Of a stretch of DNA of 64,000 bases, positions 37,524 to 48,400 are shown one piece after another; position 1 is the stretch's first letter; each line of letters starts with the position of its first letter. The stretch lies in NCBI GenBank assembly GCA_965113315.1, contig OZ220369.1. One strand, 5' to 3'. The notes under the pieces are model-generated. The model was not told the origin of the DNA. It made no database searches and worked only from the letters and a program-made list of their open reading frames with translations. The stretch comes from Podarcis vaucheri (taxonomy: Eukaryota). A program made the translations under genes and the position numbers.

Positions 37524-40500
37524 TGTTTTCCCCCCTTCCTGCTAGAAAGACCCTTTATAAGAAATTTCTAATGCTGCAATTCGCTTTCTTCCTCCTCTCA
37601 GATTCTTTATCTTTTGCGTCATGTCTTTTATTATTTACAGGTATCTATTCAATCTTTATCCCACCTTTCCTCATGAAGGAGCCCAGGATGGCAACCATAA
37701 TGACAACATTTTTTAAGTATTTGGAAAAAGCATTCTAATTTTAGATTGAAAGCCTGAAGGCATGAACTTTTGGGGGGGAGGGGGTGGAAGAACAGGATAA
37801 AAATAAACACCAGAAAGTAAAATAAATTATCCTCTAATATTTACTTACACACACACAAACGCTGACAAGGTCATACCTCTGGTATGTTGCTTTTTTCATT
37901 TAAAAAAAGTTTGGACCCTTTTTAGTCCCTTGTGGCAACAGAGCTAGAGGGTGCCGTTTATTGCAGAATAATGAATGCCGAACAAGAAAGTTGTTCCTAA
38001 AGCATAACCTGAATATAAGCAAGTCAGGCTGCTGGCGAAAGACAGAGAGTGTGTGATTTTTATGGCTTAATGCTTAGTTGGTTTACTCCCTATAGCTTTG
38101 GCATCTTCAGAGTTCCAATTCACTCGGTTAATTCACCTGTGCTGATACTGTGGAAGGAACAATGCCTCAATAGATCCTTCTGGTGTGACATTAAATATGA
38201 CAAGGTTATCATTTAATATACTATCACTCAAGCATTGATTTATAGCCTTACAGAGGCACCTCTCCCTCAATACCCTACTATTTCCTTGGATTGCCACTTG
38301 GAAATGGCTTTAAAGCTGCTTATATTCTTATATTTCACGGGGAAAAACTTTGTGGAGCTAATTTCAAATAAATGTTTGAATTCTTCCTCTACTACAGCAC
38401 AATCGGTCAGGAAAAAAGAAACCTGCTGACATTCAGCACTTCAAGCATTTTTATTTTTTTTACAACTACAGTCCTACATACAGCCAATGGGTTTGACCTA
38501 CAAAGGCCTAAAGGCAAGAGTTTGAGCCCCATAAATTTAAAAAAGTGCTTCTTCTCCTATGTCCCATATGTTTAACAAGGGGCACCCCCTTAAGCTGGTT
38601 ACTGACTGTAAAAAATAGCATGTGGGGTGGCGAGGAATATGTCTGCAGGGCCCACCCCTGCTATTCACGCACAAGTGCCCTCCATAGTGGATTGCATTTG
38701 TGACCCTTCAGGTCCAGCGTCCTGTTTTCACAGCGGCCAACCATGGGAAGCCCAGAAGCAAGAACATTCTCCCTTCCTGTTGTCCCCATCAGCTCATATT
38801 CCGACGCCTATTTCCTTTTAACAGTGTATCCTCTTTTAGAGAGTCCTCTAAGTTGGTTCCCAACAAGACCTTTCAGACTGGAGAACTGGCACCAAACTTC
38901 CTATTTCCCTACTAGAGTAAATCCTGGGAAAGAAGGGTCTTTGGGCTCTCTCAACCCCCTCATGTAAACTTTTGAGAAACCGTGGAGCGAGATATGCTCA
39001 AGGACGACCTGGCCTCTTGCCTGGGAGAGTCTGAATAGCTCTCCAATCTCATGAATACTCCCATCATCCCTCAAAGCATCCACTGGGGCTTAAGCCCCCT
39101 CTGCCGGCACTGGCACACTGGATGGTGAAAGAGAGCCAGTTTTACAATGCACGTTTGGCTTTCCTGACCATCTTCTGCCCTCTCTTGAAGGTTAACTGTT
39201 AGGATAACTCTGATAACTCCCTGTATCCTCGCGTAATTAATCCTTCCCATAAGATCCCTGAAAAATAAGATTGCTGCAGTGGGAGAAAGAGAAAAGTGCA
39301 ATACTCTCTTTGTCAAATGCTGAGAGAGCCTAACCTTGTTTATCAGCAAATGCAAAACAACACTCCACCACAGAGTGGTGTCACTCTGACCTTTGTATGC
39401 AACCTCGGGTCTCTTCACGCAGCATAACAATGTCTCTTTTGTGCAAGGAGTGTTAAGGCCAACGGGAGTCAGGATTTACTGCTCTGGCAATTTAATCAGA
39501 CTCTGCATACTTTGTGGCTTATTCAGTTAACATTCTAAAACAACATGCGTAAGATGCCAGAACTTGTCTCTTGTTCTCTCTAGCTCTGAGCTGATTTTCA
39601 TTATCACTTATTTATCCCATTTTATTGCAAACATGAGGGCAGAGGGAGAATTATTATTGTTATTATTTTAAACCCAGTTGCTTCAAGTAGCAAGGCAGAA
39701 TCATACAACAAATGTGTGCCTTTGGAAGCTGCCCCCCCAAAAAAATAAAAAAATAAAAAATACAACAGCAACAACAGTATTTCCATTCAATGGAATGCAT
39801 TTCAGAAGTCCTCACCAAGTATAAAACAGAAATAAAAAGCAGGAAATGTGAAGAAAAACCAAGGTTAGCACCCACAGTCAAATTTTTAAAAATGTATTTG
39901 GACAGTATGATACACCACCATACATTTAAAGCACATTGAAACATATCCCAACCCCACTGCAGATGGGAATTGTAGTTTATAATGCATAGAGCTACAATTT
40001 CCTGCACTGATAAGAAACTACAAGTCCGAGTCTTCTTGAAGGAGGAATGTGCTTTAAATGTATGTTGTGTATGCAGCCTTAGATATGAAAAACAAGAGCC
40101 TCAAGCTGGTAAAGAATTAGCAGGCTTAGGTTACAATCCTATATATCCATTTATGTGGGAGTAAGCTCTATTGAACACAACAAGATTTACTTCTGAGTAG
40201 GCAGACTGCACTGCTATTCTTATGGAATAAAAATATTTAGAAGTCCAGTGCTTTCTTGATTAAAATCTCTCTCAGAGCTGCAAAAAGCTGGGCACTGTGT
40301 TTCTTTATGCCAAGGAATAATGGTGATTGACTGTAGATAATGGCTGTTCAAAAACTAGTTGCAGGAACAGGAAAATGTGTGTCCATCAGATTCATTCAGA
40401 TCAGATTGTCACATGTGTAAGGACAACGACCACTCTGCTTCAGAATGATAGTTTACTGTGTTATACAATGCATTAACCATATTTGTAGGCACAAGTTTAA

Positions 40501-40672
40501 AGAATGTGGTGGAGTAGGAAATTTTGAGTCAAAAATATATATTCTGAGTATCCCTTGTGAGTGTGGGTATTTATATGATACCTAGGCACCAACTTGTTGG
40601 ACAGCCTGCTTGCTAGAACACAGAACACATCACAAGGATATCCACATACTAAATGGGACAATCCTTCTGTAT

Positions 40673-40805
40673 CAGTGTTCTTCAACCTTAGGTTCCCAGG
40701 TGTTGTTCGACTACAACTCCCACCATCCCTGGCTAGCTTAGCCAATGGTTAAGGATGGTGGGCATTGTAGTCCAAAATCTGGAAACCCAGGGTTGATGAA
40801 CACTG
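40673..40805. mobile_element. ~133-bp hAT MITE
   Basis: TIRs CAGTGTTCTTCAACC / GGTTGATGAACACTG, TSD TTCTGTAT/TTCCGTAC, internal GACTACAACTCCCA / TGGGCATTGTAGTC; degraded relatives near 22550-22680, 29920-30050, 40885-41000, 50380-50497. Confidence 0.75.
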
Positions 40806-41362
40806 TTCCGTACCATAGAAAAGAATTTCAAGAGCCAAAATAGGCATAGTGTTAAATACATCTTTGCTTTTATTGTGATGCGGGATCTGTGGCCTTTCAG
40901 AACTTGCTGGACTACAACTCCTATTATGCTTTTGCACTGGCCATTCTGGCAGGGGCTGATGGAGGTATGTGTCCAGCAACTTCTGGAGGTTATCCATTCC
41001 TGATTTAAAGGGACGGGCAACTTAGCTTTACTTTGTGTGATGTAAACACAAGTGTGCCTAGTGCTTCTGCTTGAGATTGCTGTGTTAGACACAAAGGTCT
41101 TGAGTGACATGCTAGGGTGCTATCTCTTATCTCACTTGCAAAGGCATGTGAAACTTGCCCATTCTGCTCTGCAGGGTTACATGAAAGAATGTCGTGTCAT
41201 TTCAGTCACTTTTGTGGTTCTGCAATCAGCCTTGCAAGTTTCACTTTGAGCTTCACATAAAAACGGGTGCAAAGCAACTAGGTGACAGCAGCCAAAATGG
41301 CTGAATGAAACATTTTGGTATGTGTACTTTATAGGGATTGGATGGGAACAGAATGTAACCAA

Positions 41363-41661
41363 GGCCTGATCTGCACTATGCATTTATAATAGTATCAAAC
41401 CCCTTTAAACCGTCATGTTTCCCCACAAAGAATCTTGGGACCTGTACTTTGCTAAGAGTGCTAAGAGCTAGTAGGAGACCCCCATTCCCTGCATATAGTT
41501 AAAACTGCCAGAGCTCCTTAGGAAGATGAATTGATTGTTAAGCCACTCCTGGAATTGTAGCTCTGTGAGGCAAGTAGGAGTCTCCTAACAACTCTCAGCA
41601 ACCTTAACAAACTACCATTCCCAGGTCTAAGAATGCTTTGAGTGTATGATGTGGATGCGAC
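41363..41661. mobile_element. Palindromic MITE-like repeat (same family as 7493-8784)
   Basis: Shared AAAGAATCTTGGGACCTGTA...TAGGAGAC / GTCTCCTAACAACTCTCAGCA arms. Confidence 0.6.
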
Positions 41662-41756
41662 CCACACTGGAAGCCAATTCTGAATGGGCAAGTGTCAAAG
41701 AGACCCCAAGCATATATTTTAGATTGGCTGCATGCATTCCAACTGTTTCCCAAGTA

Positions 41757-44700
41757 CAGTGGTACCCCGCAAGACGAACGCCTCGCGAGACGAAAAACTC
41801 GCAAAACGAAAGGTTTTTTTTTCGTTTTCGAGTTGCCTCGCAAGACGAATTTCCCTATGGGCTTGCTTCGCAAGACGAAGCTTGCCCCGGGGACAGCGGG
41901 TCTTCTCTTTTGAAGCAAGGGGCTGCAGGGAGATCGCTATCTCCCCGCAGCCCCTTGCTTCAAAAGAGGTCCAGGGGCAGCGGGAAGCTAAGCGCTTCTT
42001 TCCCGCTGCCCCCCGACGTCTTTTGCAGCAAGGGGCTGCGGGGAGATCGCTATCTCCCCGCAGCCCCTTGCTTCAAAAGTGGTCCGGGGGCAGCGCGAAG
42101 CTAAGCGCTTCTTCCCCGCTGCCCCCCGACGTCTTTTGCAGCAAGGGGCTGCAGGGAGATCGCTATCTCCCCGCAGCCCCTTGCTTCAAAAGAGGTCCAG
42201 GGGCAGCGGGAAGCTAAGCGCTTCTTTCCCGCTGCCCCCCGACGTCTTTTGCAGCAAGGGGCTGCAGGGAGATCGCTATCTCCCCGCAGCCCCTTGCTTC
42301 AAAAGAGGTCCGGGGGCAGCGCGAAGCTAAGCGCTTCTTCCCCGCTTCCCCCGGACGTCTTTTGCAGCAAGGGGCTGCAGGGAGATCGCTATCTCCCCGC
42401 AGCCCCTTGCTTCAAAAGAGGTCCAGGGGCAGCGGGAAGCTAAGCGCTTCTTCCCTGCTGCCCCCGACGTCTTTTGCAGCAAGGGGCTGCAGGGAGATCG
42501 CTATCTCCCCGCAGCCCCTTGCTTCAAAAGAGGTCCAGGGGCAGCGGGAAGCTAAGCGCTTCTTTCCCGCTGCCCCCCGACGTCTTTTGCAGCAAGGGGC
42601 TGCGGGGAGATCGCTATCTCCCCGCAGCCCCTTGCTTCAAAAGTGGTCCGGGGGCAGCGCGAAGCTAAGCGCTTCTTCCCCGCTGCCCCCCGACGTCTTT
42701 TGCAGCAAGGGGCTGCAGGGAGATCGCTATCTCCCCGCAGCCCCTTGCTTCAAAAGAGGTCCAGGGGCAGCGGGAAGCTAAGCGCTTCTTTCCCGCTGCC
42801 CCCCGACGTCTTTTGCAGCAAGGGGCTGCAGGGAGATCGCTATCTCCCCGCAGCCCCTTGCTTCAAAAGAGGTCCGGGGGCAGCGCGAAGCTAAGCGCTT
42901 CTTCCCCACTTCCCCCGGACGTCTTTTGCAGCAAGGGGCTGCAGGGAGATCGCTATCTCCCCGCAGCCCCTTGCTTCAAAAGAGGTCCAGGGGCAGCGGG
43001 AAGCTAAGCGCTTCTTCCCTGCTGCCCCCGACGTCTTTTGCAGCAAGGGGCTGCAGGGAGATCGCTATCTCCCCGCAGCCCCTTGCTTCAAAAGTGGTCC
43101 GGGGGCAGCGCGAAGCTAAGCGCTTCTTCCCCGCTGCCCCCCGACGTCTTTTGCAGCAAGGGGCTGCAGGGAGATCGCTATCTCCCCGCAGCCCCTTGCT
43201 TCAAAAGAGGTCCGGGGGCAGCGCGAAGCTAAGCGCTTCTTCCCCGCTTCCCCCGGACGTCTTTTGCAGCAAGGGGCTGCAGGGAGATCGCTATCTCCCC
43301 GCAGCCCCTTGCTTCAAAAGAGGTCCAGGGGCAGCGGGAAGCTAAGCGCTTCTTCCCTGCTGCCCCCGACGTCTTTTGCAGCAAGGGGCTGCAGGGAGAT
43401 CGCTATCTCCCCGCAGCCCCTTGCTTCAAAAGAGGTCCAGGGGCAGCGGGAAGCTAAGCGCTTCTTTCCCGCTGCCCCCCGACGTCTTTTGCAGCAAGGG
43501 GCTGCGGGGAGATCGCTATCTCCCCGCAGCCCCTTGCTTCAAAAGTGGTCCGGGGGCAGCGCGAAGCTAAGCGCTTCTTCCCCGCTGCCCCCCGACGTCT
43601 TTTGCAGCAAGGGGCTGCAGGGAGATCGCTATCTCCCCGCAGCCCCTTGCTTCAAAAGAGGTCCAGGGGCAGCGGGAAGCTAAGCGCTTCTTTCCCGCTG
43701 CCCCCCGACGTCTTTTGCAGCAAGGGGCTGCAGGGAGATCGCTATCTCCCCGCAGCCCCTTGCTTCAAAAGAGGTCCGGGGGCAGCGCGAAGCTAAGCGC
43801 TTCTTCCCCGCTTCCCCCGGACGTCTTTTGCAGCAAGGGGCTGCAGGGAGATCGCTATCTCCCCGCAGCCCCTTGCTTCAAAAGAGGTCCAGGGGCAGCG
43901 GGAAGCTAAGCGCTTCTTCCCTGCTGCCCCCGACGTCTTTTGCAGCAAGGGGCTGCAGGGAGATCGCTATCTCCCCGCAGCCCCTTGCTTCAAAAGTGGT
44001 CCGGGGGCAGCGCGAAGCTAAGCGCTTCTTCCCCGCTGCCCCCCGACGTCTTTTGCAGCAAGGGGCTGCAGGGAGATCGCTATCTCCCCGCAGCCCCTTG
44101 CTTCAAAAGAGGTCCAGGGGCAGCGGGAAGCTAAGCGCTTCTTTCCCGCTGCCCCCCGACGTCTTTTGCAGCAAGGGGCTGCAGGGAGATCGCTATCTCC
44201 CCGCAGCCCCTTGCTTCAAAAGAGGTCCGGGGGCAGCGCGAAGCTAAGCGCTTCTTCCCCACTTCCCCCGGACGTCTTTTGCAGCAAGGGGCTGCAGGGA
44301 GATCGCTATCTCCCCGCAGCCCCTTGCTTCAAAAGAGGTCCAGGGGCATCGGGAAGCTAAGCGCTTCTTCCCTGCTGCCCCCGACGTCTTTTGCAGCAAG
44401 GGGCTGCAGGGAGATCGCTATCTCCCCGCAGCCCCTTGCTTCAAAAGAGGTCCAGGGGCAGCGGGAAGCTAAGCCCTTCTTCCCTGCTGCCCCCCGACGT
44501 CTTTTGCAGCAAGGGGCTGCAGGGAGATCGCTATCTCCCTGCAGCCCCTTGCTGCAAAAGACGTCCGGGGGAAGCGGGGAAGAAGCGCTTCTTCCCCGCT
44601 TCCCCCGGACGTCTTTTGCAGGGTGGCCGCCATGCCGAAGTCTGCGGGCGCTGACATCAGCGCTCCCAGGCTTCGCGGACCTCTCCGCCAGCGCGCGCAG

Positions 44701-45245
44701 GCTTCGGCATGGCGGCAACCCTCCGCCAGCAGCGGCAGCGCTGCCGCTGCTGGCGGAGAGGTCCGCGAAGCCTTGGCCGGACAGCTTTTGAAGGCAGGCG
44801 GGTGGGGGGGAGCAAAGACTTTCGCCCCCGCCAGCCTTCAGAAGAGGAAGGCTGGCGGGGGGCAAAAGTCTTTGTCCCCCCTGCCTGCCTTCCCAGGGGC
44901 TTTTAAATCACCCCGGACAGCGGAGAAGTCCTCCGCTGTCCGGGGCGATTTTAAAATGCCGCCCGCCAGCATTTTAAGATCGCCCCAGACAGCGGAGAAG
45001 TCCTCCGCTGTCCCGGGGTTTTTTAAAATGCTGGGGGTGGGAAGAAAAGCCCTTGTCCCCCCCCCAGCCTTCAGAAGAGGTCCGGGGACAGACTGTCCCC
45101 GGACCTGGTCTGAAGGCGGTTTCCCTAGGAACGCATTAATTGATTTTCAATGCATTCCTATGGGAAACCGTGCATCGCAAGACGAAAAAACCCAAGACAA
45201 AGAGAATTGCGGAACGAATTAATTTCGTCTTGCGAGGCACCACTG
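41757..45245 (+). mobile_element. 3489-bp non-autonomous Tigger/pogo-like (Tc1/mariner superfamily) element with an internal tandem array
   Basis: TIRs CAGTGGTACCCCGCAAGACG / CGTCTTGCGAGGCACCACTG (18/20), TA TSD on both sides, multiple subterminal CGCAAGACGAA motifs; no transposase ORF. Confidence 0.92.
41914..44621. repeat. Tandem array of 24 x 112/113-bp double-palindrome units
   Basis: AGCAAGGGGCTG unit starts at 41914, 42027, 42140, 42253, 42366, 42478 ... 44395, 44508 (23 intervals = 2594 bp; five units are 112 bp). Confidence 0.97.
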
Positions 45246-45279
45246 TATATATACATGTAGCTGGCCTTATACTGCCTGT

Positions 45280-45426
45280 CAGTGCTCCCCCCCCTAAAAA
45301 AATGTTTAGGGGTACTCCCATTTTCCTACTCATATTGAAATACTACGCCTTAATGAGGCCAAACTTAGATTCACAAAACGTTTAGGGGTATGCATACCCC
45401 TGCGTCCCCCCAGAAAAAAAGCACTG
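45280..45426. mobile_element. ~147-bp hAT MITE (same family as 7913-8057)
   Basis: CAGTGCT / AGCACTG ends, TSD CTGCCTGT/CTGCCTGC. Confidence 0.85.
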
Positions 45427-48400
45427 CTGCCTGCTAGATGAAATAAGCAGTCACATGAGGTCTTCATGCGGATGACAGATCATAATCTTGTAGACAGCTT
45501 GGTCTATATAAACTGCAGATTGCCCATTCCCTTCTCAAGCAGACTGCTGGTTTATAAAGTTCATGAAGGCCAGAGGATATTTCTTTATGGAAGCTAATTG
45601 TTAGAGGACAGTATAGTGGTACATTGCCGTTTTGGACATCCCAGTTCACCCCAGCTAAGGAAAGGGAGCTGACATAAATGTGTGACTGCTTGGGATAGCT
45701 AAGCAGTTGGAGACAGACAGAGGCAGAATAAGAGAAAGCTGTGAGCTGAATGTCAGAAGCATGTAGGGGCACAGTGTGGCTCTCCTTGGATATGAAATGT
45801 GAGGTGAGGTAGGAAATCTGCTGACTGGCAGAAGTGTGCAGACTCATGCTGCTTGCCTCTACTGATGTTCCACTTTCATATTTCAGAATAAAATGAGGTA
45901 AAGCTAAGACTTCAAAATAAGGGCAAAGAGTATAAATCTGATTAGGGTTTTCATATTTTAGCATGTAAGTCTATCAGCAGTAAGTAGGGAGAGGGGGGAA
46001 ATTAGAATCTCCTTTATTAGCACTTTTCCAAACAGACTTCATGCAGAATTATTGCTTCTCTGAATTTTGCAGTGCAGTCCTCCAGTCTGTAGCATGTACA
46101 GAAATGCATATACTAGGGTAAAATGCATATATAGGTGAAGATAACACAAACACACATTCTAAGGGGAAATTGCTATGCAAATTTGTGTTCACATTTGCAT
46201 ACAAAATGTGTAAATTAGCATGTATTAATAGTAAAATGGTGGTGAATTTTCATGGACTTTTTGGGGGGGGGAAATCGCATACTGATTTTGAATTGTAGAG
46301 AACTGAATTTAAGATTTGAGAAATAGTGGAGTGGGGGGGGGGGAATGAGAAGCTGAAATGAACAGATTCACCCATCCCAAGAAGAAAAAAAGGATATCGT
46401 AACCACAACAACCACAAGGAAGTTCTGTCTGAGCCCTACTGAATACAATGCTGCTATATCCTGGCACTGTTCCCAGTCATTTCAATAGTTCTTTTGCAGG
46501 AGAACTTCCATGCAACTTGTGGTTTTTAAATTAAAATGTTTTTAACATTGCCATCTTCTGACTTCCAAATCACCTGTCTTTATTACTGCAACACACTAAC
46601 ATACAAAGGTATTTGTCTTGCACAACCATCATCAAATGTTTACTCTAAATACATTCCTAACATGATTTATCTAAATTGAACAACCCTTCACTTTAAGGCT
46701 TTACAATGGAAAGGTCAACATGATGTGTTCACACTTGTGTGCCAAATTTGCAGGCCCGTTTCTTCCACTGCACCCAGCAGGCAGTTGTGTAAGAAATGAA
46801 AGCATTGCATCTAGTGTACCTAGTGTGATACGTGTAAAACAACATTAACTGCATGAGCAGAAAACACTGCAGCCAAACCCATCAAGGCACCTTGATGCAT
46901 TACTATTTGTATATATAGAACATTTGAAAACCAAGCCCTAAATGTTGTCCCACATTTTCTGTCCACCAGGGAGTTCCTTGTTGTGTTCTTCTGCCTTTGC
47001 ATCATTGTACGCTTGCCTTCCATATTGATTCCTCTCCCTTCAAAGCGAATCTTTTGACATAACTGTTGCGAAGAGGAAACCTTGTCAGACTGATTATGAG
47101 GAAGCTCGTTAACCGTTCCCCCATTTGATGTGCTGGCTATAATGTTGTACAAATTCGAATGTCATAAGTGCTGGATCATGTAAAAATACTGAAAACACCA
47201 TCAAAGCAGCTGCTATTCCCTGGGTGTTTGCGCTTTGGTGAACAGGTGGGCTTTTAGAAAAGAAGTGCTCAGCAGCAAGCTGTGTGGCTATCTTCACTGC
47301 CCCCCCTCTCTGTGTGCAAGCCTTTAGACCATACTGTGGAATGCCTGGAAACATTTTAAAGTTTTATTACGGCTTTTGAAATCAACAAAGCAATTAGGGA
47401 GGTTTTTAAGCTGTATACTGGTCAATCAGATCTTCAGTCAATAGCACTCTGTAAATGTCAATAGAGTTTCTGGCTTTATAGCCCACGTCTGCATACTTAT
47501 ATTTACAGTTGCATTGTGAGAACTTGTATTTTTACAGGAATGCCTGCAAGCTCCAAATCGGATCAATATTATCACACTGAATTCCAGAACTAGAAACTAG
47601 GCACAATAATCTAATCGGTAACTGAAACACTCTGCAAGGCAATGCGCAAGTTGGATATAGCGAAAATAACACAGTTGACTGGCTTTTAATATATCAAGAT
47701 ACCTTATTTGAGTATGCAAATTCACTCTCCCTATGGGATTAGGGATAGAATAGGATACATTTTGGTAGGATAGTGTTTCTGGTTAAGTCACTGCATGGAT
47801 TGATTCTTAATGGTAGTTAGGGATGCATTTTTCTGAAAATCTCAATTTCAAACTTATCCACATTGATATTTCCCCCAATTCTCATCTTGCTCACTGATCT
47901 CAACAAGAAGCCAGTTATTTCCCCTCCAAGGTTCCCTTAAAAATATAAACCATTCACACGCATATGCATTATTATACATATACTATTGTATGCATACTAT
48001 AGACATCTATACTGTGGGTTTCTTAAAGCTACCAGACATAGAACAATGCATATAACTATGTAAAGATACTCATTTATTGATGTTTATCAAATTTTGCAGC
48101 AACAATATAGTACCACATGAAGCTCAACTTCCATAAACTGTATACAAATGTTATATAATTTATGCATTCAATTATGGGGGGTATTTCAGATCCAACAAGA
48201 ATGTGTTAGGAGTCAGCTGATGAGACCCTTCATTTCAAGAGATCCTTGGGAGAACTTGCTGGGTATGATGTCCCCAAGATAAAAATAGTTTCATGTCTGA
48301 GAAAACATGCCTTCATGGGATTTCCATCAAGAGAAATGGCCAGGGACAATGACCACATCAATCTTGTGATTTGAAATTTATGTTTATTCCTCTACATCTG

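Noticed and set aside
41914-44621. CRISPR-like array of palindromic repeats
   Set aside because: No unique spacers (units are near-identical end to end), no cas genes, eukaryotic context, and it lies within transposon TIRs
41604-45385. Many overlapping repetitive ORFs (MQQGAAGRSLSPRSPLLQK...)
   Set aside because: By-products of a GC-rich 113-bp repeat (not a multiple of 3); frames shift each unit and no domain is recognisable
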